A stretch of 64,000 bases of DNA, taken from NCBI GenBank assembly GCA_965205015.1, contig OZ242029.1, positions 4,544,001 through 4,608,000 on the forward strand, written 5' to 3'. This DNA is from Candidatus Poribacteria bacterium. Lineage in GTDB: Bacteria > Poribacteria > WGA-4E > WGA-3G. Below are positions 39,870 to 49,571 of this stretch, in pieces (within the stretch, counting starts at the first letter, position 1; each line of letters begins with the position of its first letter). Below the pieces are notes generated by a model. The model ran no database searches. It had not been told where the DNA came from and saw only the letters and a program-made list of their open reading frames with translations. The translations under genes were made by a program, and so were the position numbers.

Positions 39870-41297
39870 ATGGGCACTACACATTATCCAATTAAACTCT
39901 TAATCCTCATTTCAATACTTATCGGCGCATTTTGTACCACAGTTTACAGTGCTGGATCCGATAAAGAAGCGGGGGTGGGCAACCTCGCCAGCGACGCAGT
40001 CTCGGTATCGCGGCGCACTGCAATTGTTACAGCAGTCGCGAACGCGAGTCCCGCAGTCGTCAATATCAGTGCTGTCCGGAGCGTTGAAACGCGTACCTCC
40101 TTTGACGAATGGTTCTGGGGCGAAATTCCGTATCCTCGTAGACGCGCCTTACGAGAGGTCGGTTCTGGCGTTATCGTTGATAAGAAGGGACACATCCTGA
40201 CCAACTATCACGTCATCAGAGATGCCGATAAAATTACCGTCGCCATCTCTGATGGACGAGAATTTGAGGCACAGATTGTCGGATATGACCTTTTCTCAGA
40301 CCTTGCCCTCTTAGAGATCGAGACGGACGGGGTATCGTTACCGGAAATTCAGTGGGGAGACTCAGATTCGCTTTTGATCGGTGAATGGGTCGTCGCCATT
40401 GGAAATCCGTTCGGTTTGTCATTAGGCGACGCACAACCCACGGTCACCGCTGGTATCGTGAGTGCGACACAACGGACGCTCACAGTCGAAGACCTGTATC
40501 ATGAAGACCTGATTCAAACGGATGCTTCCATTAATCCGGGCAACAGTGGCGGGGCATTGGTAAACACCCACGGTGAACTTATCGGTATAAACACCGTCAT
40601 CCGTTCAACGAGTGGTGGCTCACAAGGCGTCGGTTTTGCGATTCCAGTCAATAAAGCGAGGCGGGTCGTCCAACAGATTACTGAGTATGGCAGTGTTATT
40701 CCCCCCTACTTTGCCTTGGAGGTACAACCCGTAACGGAAGAATTGGCAGAAAAGTTGTCGATGCCGCGCAACACCGGGGTTTTGGTATCGGAAATAGGGA
40801 AACGCAGCCCTATTGCTAATGCGGGCATTAAACGGGGAGATGTCATTGTTAGCATTTCAGGACAACGGCTCAAAGACGAACAGGACTTTAACGCACGCAC
40901 GCGTCTGCTTCCACTGAATCAACCTGTCCAGTGCGAGTTCATTCGCCGGGGGAAAAGGCGGCAGACTGAATTCACATTGAAAACGCTACAATGGAATTAT
41001 ACACCCCGCGGATGGGGTATAGCGCTTGCCCAACCTGATAAGGCGATGTCCAAAAAATATAAGCAGCGCGGTGTTATTGTCACGCACGTTGAAAAAGACA
41101 GTGGATTGGCGAGCGCGCTGGAACGTGGGGATTTTATCTACCAAATCGACGATACTCCCATCCATTCGCTTGAAATTTTCAAAATTGTTGATGACCATAT
41201 CCGCACCCAAAATAGGGCGCAAGTCTATTTTGAGCGAGACGGCATCTATCGAGCCGTTCCCGTCAGTTTTTTTAATAGAAACAATCGGCGGAGATAA
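39870..41297 (+). CDS. HtrA/DegP-family serine protease with two PDZ domains
   Basis: TNYHV, DLAL, IGNPFG, QTDASINPGNSGG. Confidence 0.94.
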   Translation: MGTTHYPIKLLILISILIGAFCTTVYSAGSDKEAGVGNLASDAVSVSRRTAIVTAVANASPAVVNISAVRSVETRTSFDEWFWGEIPYPRRRALREVGSGVIVDKKGHILTNYHVIRDADKITVAISDGREFEAQIVGYDLFSDLALLEIETDGVSLPEIQWGDSDSLLIGEWVVAIGNPFGLSLGDAQPTVTAGIVSATQRTLTVEDLYHEDLIQTDASINPGNSGGALVNTHGELIGINTVIRSTSGGSQGVGFAIPVNKARRVVQQITEYGSVIPPYFALEVQPVTEELAEKLSMPRNTGVLVSEIGKRSPIANAGIKRGDVIVSISGQRLKDEQDFNARTRLLPLNQPVQCEFIRRGKRRQTEFTLKTLQWNYTPRGWGIALAQPDKAMSKKYKQRGVIVTHVEKDSGLASALERGDFIYQIDDTPIHSLEIFKIVDDHIRTQNRAQVYFERDGIYRAVPVSFFNRNNRRR

Positions 41298-41411
41298 GTG
41301 TTTTTAAATCAGGAGCAAACGTCTGGTAATTATCCACGATAATGCACAAATCTAATGGAAACAGATGATCCGTCCAACGGATGGATCGTAGCAAGAGGCA
41401 ATAGGAAAAAA

Positions 41412-42128
41412 ATGAAATTGCAACTACCGACACTCATCGCCGTTTGTCTTGCGATCCTGCTCATTGGGGGTATTTACTTCTTCGGCAGAGACAAGGCAGA
41501 ATTGGGAATTGCCGTTAATTTGGAAAGTGAGGAATTCAAGCAACTCCGAACGCATGCCACTGATGCGTTCAACGCTGGGAAATATCAACAAGCCATTGAA
41601 CTTTACAGCACAGCGTTAAAGATGCGTCCTGAGAACGCTGAAATCTATAATGACCTTGGGACGGTCTACTACGAGCAAGGTCTCAAATACGCCGGACCGA
41701 GCTGGCCCTCGTGGGAGAAGGAGTTGAGAGAAGACTCCGTTGACGAGGCAGTCGCGGAACTCAAAGTCGCTGTTAGCAAAACGGGTTCTGGTGTCATTAC
41801 GTTCAAAACACGAGACGAAGCCGTCGCTGATGCGCTCGAACAAGAGGCAGGACACCTCGACGGAGAGGTATATAGACAGCGTTGGGAAAATGAAACAACG
41901 CTTAATGTTCTCATTGGACAGACAAAAATCTATCTGCTGCGCGCTCGCGACCATTACATCCGTGCTTTGGATCTGAAACCCACGCATAGTGTCGCTTATC
42001 GCAACCTCGGTTCATTTTATATGAAGGTAGGCAGAACCGATAAGGCACTTGATTATTATCAAGAAGCCTACAAATTAGATCCAAGGGATGCCGAGTTGGA
42101 AGAATACCTAAACCAGTTCAGAAAATAG
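41412..42128 (+). CDS. Membrane-anchored tetratricopeptide repeat protein
   Basis: N-terminal TM helix; YNDLGTVYY and AYRNLG.FY...G....A...Y..A TPR motifs. Confidence 0.8.
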   Translation: MKLQLPTLIAVCLAILLIGGIYFFGRDKAELGIAVNLESEEFKQLRTHATDAFNAGKYQQAIELYSTALKMRPENAEIYNDLGTVYYEQGLKYAGPSWPSWEKELREDSVDEAVAELKVAVSKTGSGVITFKTRDEAVADALEQEAGHLDGEVYRQRWENETTLNVLIGQTKIYLLRARDHYIRALDLKPTHSVAYRNLGSFYMKVGRTDKALDYYQEAYKLDPRDAELEEYLNQFRK

Positions 42129-42164
42129 TTTATAGTTTTCGGTGCGGGTTGCTACGCAACCCTT

Positions 42165-42228
42165 TCAGTTCTCGGTAACAAAAGGATTTTGTTAGACCAT
42201 ACCCCTCTTTAACCGATAACCGATAACC
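42165..42228. repeat. Heptamer-flanked element, intergenic copy
   Basis: tcagttctcggtaacaaaaggattttgtta...cctctttaaccgataaccgataacc. Confidence 0.65.
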
Positions 42229-42238
42229 ATTTAGAAAT

Positions 42239-45200
42239 ATGCATCACAAACGCTGTCCAAATTGTGGATTCTTGAACCCGCCGTTCAAATTCTGCGGTGA
42301 ATGTGGAACGTCCCTTGAAAGTCCCAGACGGTCCCGTCAAATTTCAGCAGTCGATGAACAAGCCTTACCGCATGGGGCAGAACGCCGCCAGTTAACCGTC
42401 CTTTTCTGCGATATTGTCGGCTCCACTGCATTCACCGAAAAACTGGATCCTGAAGAACTCCGCAATCTTTTAGAAGTCTACCGGACCTGTATCATGGAGG
42501 TGGTTTTAGCACAAAACGGACATATCGCGCGTTACTTTGGGGATGGTATCCTCGTTTATTTCGGTTACCCCATTGCCCACGAGGATGCAGCACATCGCGC
42601 CATCCGAGCCGGGTTAGGTATCGTTGCCGCTATTGAGACCCTGAACCCGTATCTACAGGCGACCTTCGGTGTGGAAATCAGCGTTCGACTGAGTATTGAT
42701 ACAGGACTTGTTGTCGTCTGGCATATATCAGCAGAAGCGTCTCCCGAGGCGATTGACATCGTCGGTAAAACGCCGAATATCGCCGCAAGGATGCAAGAGT
42801 TAGCAACACCGAACAGCATTGTCATTGGGGATACAACCCATCAATTGGTTGAAGGCTTTTTTAAAACCGCTGCACTCGGTGCTTTTCCGCTCCGCGGTAT
42901 CTCACAACCTGTGAATGTGTACGAAGTATCAGGTGAAATTCCAGCACAGAGTCGCTTGGATATTGCCAGTGAAAGTGGATTGACCCCTCTGATCGGGCGG
43001 GAACGCGAGGTTGAATCGCTCAAGCAAGGGTGGACACAGGTGCTCGCCTCTAAAGGGCAAGCATTGCTGATTGAGGGTGAAGCCGGCATCGGAAAGTCAA
43101 GATGTTTGCAAGTCATTCAGGAGTACATCAAAGATCACCCAGAAGCGGTGACCATGGAATGTAGGTGCTCACCGTATTACCAGAACAGTCCGCTTTATCC
43201 TATTCTTTCACTGTTCCAAGAGCACGTTGTGCAGTTTTCAAACACCGATACCGCGCAGACACGCCTTAACAAGCTTGAGAGTTTACTCCGCGACTACAGC
43301 ATCCCGACTGTCGGAGGTGATACAGCATCCCTACCAGATTCTGATCGTGAGGTGCCAGAACAGACGCCAGAGACACTCCCACTTCTCGCCGAATTATTGG
43401 AGATACCTTTTGAAATACAACAACAAACAGTAACCGGTGTAGCGACTCGCCCGTACGGTAGACCCATTGAACAGGACACATATCCATCAGGCTGGGGACG
43501 CAGACAACGCCGACAGCAGACTTTGGAAGTCCTCGTCCAAGTCCTGTTGAAGATGGCTGAACAAAAGCCGATACTTTTTATCGTTGAAGATCTTCACTGG
43601 ATTGACCCCTCCAGTATAGAATTTCTTACGCTCTTGATTACACGGATCGAAAATGCTCGGATTTTCGCAGTTTTGTCTTGTCGGACCGATACGCAACATT
43701 TTCAGCACAGTGCGCGGTCTTCTGAGGAAAACGGTCAGTTTCTACAGGATGAAATCTCCGATAGCGATATTGAGAGTTCTGTTCTTGACAGAGAAATGCT
43801 GGATCAACTTCTACACCCAGAATGGGCAAATGCGGTGACATTGGTGGCACTCACACCTCCGCAGGTCGAGGAGATGATTCAACACGTCGCAGGAGACACA
43901 GCACTCCCATCAAAGGCGTTGACCCGGATTATCGAAATGACTGAGGGGGTCCCTCTATTTGTTGAGGAACTCACCCAGATGATGCTTGAAAATGTATCGG
44001 GGTTACAAACCCCTCCCACATCTGACGTGTCCAATGAAACAGACCCACATTCTCAAACAATGGAGGTGCCTGTAACGCTACAGGATTTGCTGACAACGAG
44101 ATTAGACGAACTCGGTGCTGCGAAGGAGATCGTCCAACTCGGGGCAACGCTTGGAAGGGAATGGACAGCGGAGTTATTACACGAGATTGCTTCTGGACTT
44201 GAGTTGGGAAATCGTCTTTTCACTGATTTTGTTTCGTTGAAGAGTGAATTGAGCAAACTCGTAAACGCCTACATCCTCAATCAAAATCCAGTCGCTGACA
44301 ATCAACTCCGGTATACGTTCCGCCATCCGCTCCTGCGTGAAACAGCGTATCAATCTCTGCTCAGGAGTAAGCGCCAGCAGTACCATCAACAGATTGCAAA
44401 GGTGTTGCAAAACGATGGCGGTTTCCAACCGGAGTTGGTAGCACATCATTATACCGAAGCCGGTCTTCCAGAAGAAGCGGTTGACTATTGGCACCGTGCT
44501 GGACAACGCGCACTGGAGCGTTCTGCAAATGTGGAAGGTATTCGCCATATCACGCAAGGTCTCGCGGCACTTGAGGAACTCTCGGTAAACACCGGCACAC
44601 GCGGCGTGGCGTCTACCGCCCAACAAGAATTGGAACTGCAGACGATTCTTGGGAGTGCGCTGATTGCAACAAAAGGGTATGCCGCCCCGGAAGTCGAGGT
44701 CGCCTATACGCGAGCGAGAGTACTCTTAGAAACCCTTGAAGCGAGAGGCGAGGTTACCGCGCCCGTACAGGAACCGACCTTAGGCGAGGCGGGGGATACT
44801 TCGCTTGATCGCATAAAGGATCTCCGCTTTCCGATTCTGTTTGGATTATGGCTCTCGCATCTCGTGCGCGGCCGATTCCTCTCCGCCCGTGAATTCGGTG
44901 AACAGTGCTTTGTAATTGCCAAGCAAGTCGAAGATCCAGCTTTTGAGGTCGAGGCGCATCGAGCCCTCGGCTCAACGCTTTACTATTTAAGTGAATTCAA
45001 AAGTGCCCTCGCCCATCTTGAGGCTGGCATTGAAATCTATCAACCGCAGCTGCATCCGGTTCCAACGTTTCTTCACTTCGTAGCCGATCCTGGGATGACC
45101 TTACTCGCCTATTCTGCTCCACTTTTATGGTCCCTTGGCTATCCCGTGCAAGCCGAGGCTCGGCTTGCAGAAGCTGCAAGAATTGGAAAGGACAGAAGTC

Positions 45201-45919
45201 ATCCGTTCAGTGATGCTGTGTTGCTCTATTTTACAACTGTTCTTAATCAACATCGCGATGACGTTGAAAAGGTGGAGCGCGCTGCAACCGAGATGCTACA
45301 GATATGTCAAGAACATGGATTTTCCCTATGGGAAGCCGCCGCAACGGTCATGCAGGGCTGGGCACTTACAGAATTGAATCACCCGGAAAAAGGGATTCCG
45401 ATGATACGTAAGGGTATTGCCGCATGGGAAAAGACAAGGGCTGAATTGCAACTGCCACTTTTTCTTGCACTCCTCGCACAAGCCTATCAACGCGCAGGAC
45501 AGTATACATTAGCCTTACAAACACTTGATTCGGCATTGAGCGTCGTCACACGAACCGGCGAGCGTGCCTATGATGCGGAGCTCACCCGGCGGAAAGGCGA
45601 ACTCTGTCTCGCACTTGGTAAAACAACTGAAGCAGTTAGCGGAGGGGAATTCGGGGTTATAAACCCTTCCTACAACGCTGTTGAAAAGGCTGAAGCCTAT
45701 TTTCAGGAGGCATTAGCGATCGCGCGCCGCCAAGGCGCAAAATCTTGGGAACTCCGAGCCGCTCTCAGTCTGAGCGAATTATGGTGCACGCAAAACCGTT
45801 CTCGGGAGGCGCACAATCTGCTGAGACCGATATATCTATGGTTTTCGGAAGGTTTTGATACAAGAGACCTTCAACAGGCAAAACACCTGTTGGAGAAGCT
45901 GCAGGCTACCTCAAAGTAA
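42239..45919 (+). CDS. Zn-ribbon + class III adenylate/guanylate cyclase + STAND/AAA ATPase + TPR-like protein
   Basis: C..CG...FCGECG, ERRQLTVLFCDIVGST, GDG, N.AARM, GEAGIGKS, VEDLHW.D, C-terminal ELRAA...FSEGFDT.DL. Confidence 0.92.
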   Translation: MHHKRCPNCGFLNPPFKFCGECGTSLESPRRSRQISAVDEQALPHGAERRQLTVLFCDIVGSTAFTEKLDPEELRNLLEVYRTCIMEVVLAQNGHIARYFGDGILVYFGYPIAHEDAAHRAIRAGLGIVAAIETLNPYLQATFGVEISVRLSIDTGLVVVWHISAEASPEAIDIVGKTPNIAARMQELATPNSIVIGDTTHQLVEGFFKTAALGAFPLRGISQPVNVYEVSGEIPAQSRLDIASESGLTPLIGREREVESLKQGWTQVLASKGQALLIEGEAGIGKSRCLQVIQEYIKDHPEAVTMECRCSPYYQNSPLYPILSLFQEHVVQFSNTDTAQTRLNKLESLLRDYSIPTVGGDTASLPDSDREVPEQTPETLPLLAELLEIPFEIQQQTVTGVATRPYGRPIEQDTYPSGWGRRQRRQQTLEVLVQVLLKMAEQKPILFIVEDLHWIDPSSIEFLTLLITRIENARIFAVLSCRTDTQHFQHSARSSEENGQFLQDEISDSDIESSVLDREMLDQLLHPEWANAVTLVALTPPQVEEMIQHVAGDTALPSKALTRIIEMTEGVPLFVEELTQMMLENVSGLQTPPTSDVSNETDPHSQTMEVPVTLQDLLTTRLDELGAAKEIVQLGATLGREWTAELLHEIASGLELGNRLFTDFVSLKSELSKLVNAYILNQNPVADNQLRYTFRHPLLRETAYQSLLRSKRQQYHQQIAKVLQNDGGFQPELVAHHYTEAGLPEEAVDYWHRAGQRALERSANVEGIRHITQGLAALEELSVNTGTRGVASTAQQELELQTILGSALIATKGYAAPEVEVAYTRARVLLETLEARGEVTAPVQEPTLGEAGDTSLDRIKDLRFPILFGLWLSHLVRGRFLSAREFGEQCFVIAKQVEDPAFEVEAHRALGSTLYYLSEFKSALAHLEAGIEIYQPQLHPVPTFLHFVADPGMTLLAYSAPLLWSLGYPVQAEARLAEAARIGKDRSHPFSDAVLLYFTTVLNQHRDDVEKVERAATEMLQICQEHGFSLWEAAATVMQGWALTELNHPEKGIPMIRKGIAAWEKTRAELQLPLFLALLAQAYQRAGQYTLALQTLDSALSVVTRTGERAYDAELTRRKGELCLALGKTTEAVSGGEFGVINPSYNAVEKAEAYFQEALAIARRQGAKSWELRAALSLSELWCTQNRSREAHNLLRPIYLWFSEGFDTRDLQQAKHLLEKLQATSK

Positions 45920-45936
45920 CTGTGTTTGGAACGATG

Positions 45937-46079
45937 AACCAAAATCGTAGCCTGCAACAATACGCAGAAATACTTTCTTCGCATTGGATTTTAGCGTTTG
46001 CAAAAACACGCAGGCGGGTATGTGAAACGCACGTAAGCGTCTTAACGCACGCGGTTCTCCCGCAAGGAATAATTAAAAA
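45937..46079. repeat. Composite repeat element (second copy)
   Basis: Inverted match to 26360-26408; ends tctcccgcaaggaataattaaaaa before ATG, as at 26514-26536. Confidence 0.8.
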
Positions 46080-46940
46080 ATGAGACTTGGTGTTGTTGGA
46101 CTCTGTGGGGACTTTCGTACCCTCACATCGGATGAGATCACAAAAATCAAAGCGTTGGAATTTACCGGTTTAAGTTTCCATTTCCCCAGCGCGGAGATTC
46201 CATCTGTACCACCAGATGCTGCCACCCGTTGTGTGCAAATGTTAAAAGCTGCGGAACTTGACCTTGTTCAATTCGGCATAACTTATGAGGAATGCCTTTT
46301 TCATCCCGATGCCGATATCCGAAAAGCTGGGATCGCCAGTGTCCAACGCGGCATACCGACGGCTGCCTCTCTCAACGCGCACCATTATCTATTTCGCGCA
46401 GGGAGTCTCAATCCCGATGGGGCTTGGACCTCCCATCGAGATAACCACCTTCCAGCATCGATGGAGCGTCTGATTGACACTTTGAAACCGATCGCAGAAC
46501 ATGCCGAACGGCACGAACTGACCCTTGTTATGGAGACACATGCCGTTTCAATTATGGATTCACCCGAAACGTGTCGGGAGGTGGTAGAGCGTGTCGGTTC
46601 CGAGAGGCTTCGTATCGTCATGGATTTCGTCAATCACTTTCAAACACTTCGGCAGGTCTATGAAAGCGAATCACGGCTTAACCACATTTTTGACGTCATG
46701 GGACCGATCGCACCGATGGCACATATCAAAGACATTAGCGTCCAGAACGGTTTAGTACTCCATCTCAATGAGGAAGTACCCGGTGAAGGTGAATTGGCAC
46801 TCGGTGTCGCATTAAAGCGTTTTGATGCCCTCTATCCAGATGGCTACGGATTGATAGAACATCTCCCTGCGGAGAAAATTCCGCTCGCGAACGCAAATGT
46901 TCGGCGAATTGCCGCCGAAAACGGCGTCGATATTTTTTAA
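46080..46940 (+). CDS. Sugar phosphate isomerase/epimerase (TIM barrel)
   Basis: LVMETH, MDFVN, HIKD, PGEG, LIEH. Confidence 0.85.
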   Translation: MRLGVVGLCGDFRTLTSDEITKIKALEFTGLSFHFPSAEIPSVPPDAATRCVQMLKAAELDLVQFGITYEECLFHPDADIRKAGIASVQRGIPTAASLNAHHYLFRAGSLNPDGAWTSHRDNHLPASMERLIDTLKPIAEHAERHELTLVMETHAVSIMDSPETCREVVERVGSERLRIVMDFVNHFQTLRQVYESESRLNHIFDVMGPIAPMAHIKDISVQNGLVLHLNEEVPGEGELALGVALKRFDALYPDGYGLIEHLPAEKIPLANANVRRIAAENGVDIF

Positions 46941-47042
46941 TGGTTGTCAGTCGTCAGTCGTCGGTTAAAAGGCTTTCCTCAACCCTATCTCCTGATCAAG
47001 GGGGATCAAGGGGTGAAATCTCTGTAGAAAAAAAATGGAGGC

Positions 47043-49571
47043 TTGATGATGAAAGGCTTTCTAAATACATTCATATTCCCCTCTTCACCCCGTAGGGGTG
47101 AAATCTCTATAGGGAGAATAGCATGCTTCATTCTTGTTTCGATCTTTTTCATACTTCTGCACCCAGCGTTCGGGCAAGAATCCAATCTGGTTGAGGAGGC
47201 CCAAAAACAGGCACGGAGTTGGTGGTCGAACTCTCAGGTTTACGTTGGCGTCATCCTTCTCGTCTTCATAATTAGTAGCGTTGGCTATATAATCAGGCTT
47301 TTCAAAAAGGACAAACTTCTTAAGAAACTCCTGAATAAGTACGTTGTTTTTCAGATGAAAGACGGCAGGCGTTACCGAGGCACCATGCGTCTGGAAATCA
47401 CAGGCATGGAGATTATCTCTGAGGAATCCCGGCAACGCGGACACGCCCCAAGTTATATTTTCACCAACGAAGAACGTGATGAGGGAATTGTCGCCTACAT
47501 CCGTTACCATGATTCAATGAATGAGCGTGAACTCAGAGAACGCGCGTGGGAACTTGAGCGCGTCTACCATCCGCCTGTCATCTACAAAATCGGGCGGAAA
47601 ATTCGGAATATGTTCATCGCTCTCAACGAGGCATTGAAAGAAGCCATTAGCATGGCTTGGAGCAGTTTCACAAGAAGCGCGAACAAGCGTTTAGAACGGT
47701 ACGCGGAAGTATATGAAGAGGGTGGCGGTAATCTGGAGCAAAGGCTCGGCAGATTGGAAGAAGAATCTACAGGCTACTTGGAGCAGGAGAGTTATGAACG
47801 TTTGATCGAACGGTTGATTGGAACACGGGTCAAAGTCCGAGTGCGTTTCGGTGAACATACCGCTGAGTACACGGCTATCCTCAAAGACTACAATAACAAA
47901 CATATTGCGCTCATGGATGTGAAGGACAAGGACAACAACGGCTACGCGGACGAGTGGGAATACGAACATGAATTTGAGAAGGATCTCGCAAAACTCAACC
48001 GCCGAGATGACCGCGGATTGCGGTGTCGAGCAGAGGGCAACGAGATCATCTTTGAAAACAATACACCCTATACCATCCAGCTCGGCCGCATTCGATTGAC
48101 AGAAGACTCACCGAAATGGGAAAAGGATTATGAATACAAATACCATATCGGTGCCTTCAGTGTTCAAAGACTTGAGGTCACTCCTGTCGTTAAGCATAAT
48201 GTCGAGCCGTTCGAGCGCGTCGCCATTCGAGACACGCGTGCCATAAACAATTACAAAAAAATTTGGTTCAAGTTTCGCTCTTTCCGAGATGCGGATATCG
48301 TATTCCCGCGTCGCTACTGCACAATTGTTGAAAGCGCGGAAAAATACCAGCCTGAACTTTTCAGTCTTGCCGGCTTGACAGATACTATTTTAGACATGCG
48401 TGATACAGAGAACATCGCTATTACCAACAAAGATGGCAATACTATCCACGGTATCAACGTTGTTCATGGGTATGTGACAAATATCAATGAGGAGCGTATT
48501 GATTTAAAGGCAATCGACGCGAGTTATAGCCGCAGATGGGATGTTGAAAGCGCGTTTCGCCGTTTTGATAATAAACTTCGCCATGGATTTCCTATCTACA
48601 AGCGGCTTCTCCCCATAAATCGCGTCCGGATTACAGCGCATGCTTCGCTCATTGAGCAGATACACAGTACCCCCATTCGGCACGCCGCGTTAGCACCGCT
48701 TATTTATCCACAACCCCGTAACCTCAACACGACGGAACAGCGCACACGTAGACGAAAACGGATGTGGAATCGAATTGTGAGGCGGATAAATGCTGCAATT
48801 TGGAAATCAGGAAACGGGATTTCCAGAACGCCTGATGTAAAACGTTCGGAAGTACCAATCGCGATGCCGTTTAAACTCATGGCACTGACTGGAAATACAT
48901 CCTCCGTCGAATTTCCGGTCCTCGAACGTTTTGAATACATTCAGGATCACCACATGATTTACAACGCGGTTCAAAATTTGCGAACCGATCGGTTAGCAAA
49001 GACTGATATTTTATGGATTGGGAACGGCGAGATTTACAAATCCGGCTATCGATTAAACATAGATACTGAACATCGAATCAAAAATTTCGTCAGTCAAGGC
49101 GGGGTCGTTATAGTTTCTGGACAAGATATCAAAGCCAGCGCCAAACAGCGCCGCGGTACAGGGTGGATTCCGGAACCTCTCACCGGCGTTGAATGTGAAG
49201 AGACTTATGAACTCTCTCCCACATCACAAGGGAAACGCTCCCGTATCTTCCAATATCCGAATCCACTGAATGGGCATCATGCCGATCCAGAGACGCAGGA
49301 TCAGCCCTTTATTCGACTGGATGATATGTGGTTGGATCCGCTGGGAAAATGGACATCTCTCGCCAAAATTAACACAGCCGCTACGGGACTTCCGAAGAAT
49401 GGATCTGAAAATGCCTCCGCGCTTTTACTCCTGCCGTTTCAGCAAGGGTTATACATCGTCACCAGTTTAAGGAATGAGACGGAAGCAGATGTCCAAATCA
49501 ACGATAAAATTATGGAAAACCTGCTCCATTTTTCCGTTAAATGGCTTGATCGGCAACGTCCGACTGTTTAG
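47043..49571 (+). CDS. Hypothetical membrane protein with Sm/LSm-like segments and C-terminal GATase1-like domain
   Basis: Two N-terminal hydrophobic segments; LL.KYV...MKDGRRY.G.M; LIG.RV.V....EY.AILKDY; DILWIG...IKNFVSQGGVVIV.GQ. Confidence 0.55.
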   Translation: MMMKGFLNTFIFPSSPRRGEISIGRIACFILVSIFFILLHPAFGQESNLVEEAQKQARSWWSNSQVYVGVILLVFIISSVGYIIRLFKKDKLLKKLLNKYVVFQMKDGRRYRGTMRLEITGMEIISEESRQRGHAPSYIFTNEERDEGIVAYIRYHDSMNERELRERAWELERVYHPPVIYKIGRKIRNMFIALNEALKEAISMAWSSFTRSANKRLERYAEVYEEGGGNLEQRLGRLEEESTGYLEQESYERLIERLIGTRVKVRVRFGEHTAEYTAILKDYNNKHIALMDVKDKDNNGYADEWEYEHEFEKDLAKLNRRDDRGLRCRAEGNEIIFENNTPYTIQLGRIRLTEDSPKWEKDYEYKYHIGAFSVQRLEVTPVVKHNVEPFERVAIRDTRAINNYKKIWFKFRSFRDADIVFPRRYCTIVESAEKYQPELFSLAGLTDTILDMRDTENIAITNKDGNTIHGINVVHGYVTNINEERIDLKAIDASYSRRWDVESAFRRFDNKLRHGFPIYKRLLPINRVRITAHASLIEQIHSTPIRHAALAPLIYPQPRNLNTTEQRTRRRKRMWNRIVRRINAAIWKSGNGISRTPDVKRSEVPIAMPFKLMALTGNTSSVEFPVLERFEYIQDHHMIYNAVQNLRTDRLAKTDILWIGNGEIYKSGYRLNIDTEHRIKNFVSQGGVVIVSGQDIKASAKQRRGTGWIPEPLTGVECEETYELSPTSQGKRSRIFQYPNPLNGHHADPETQDQPFIRLDDMWLDPLGKWTSLAKINTAATGLPKNGSENASALLLLPFQQGLYIVTSLRNETEADVQINDKIMENLLHFSVKWLDRQRPTV

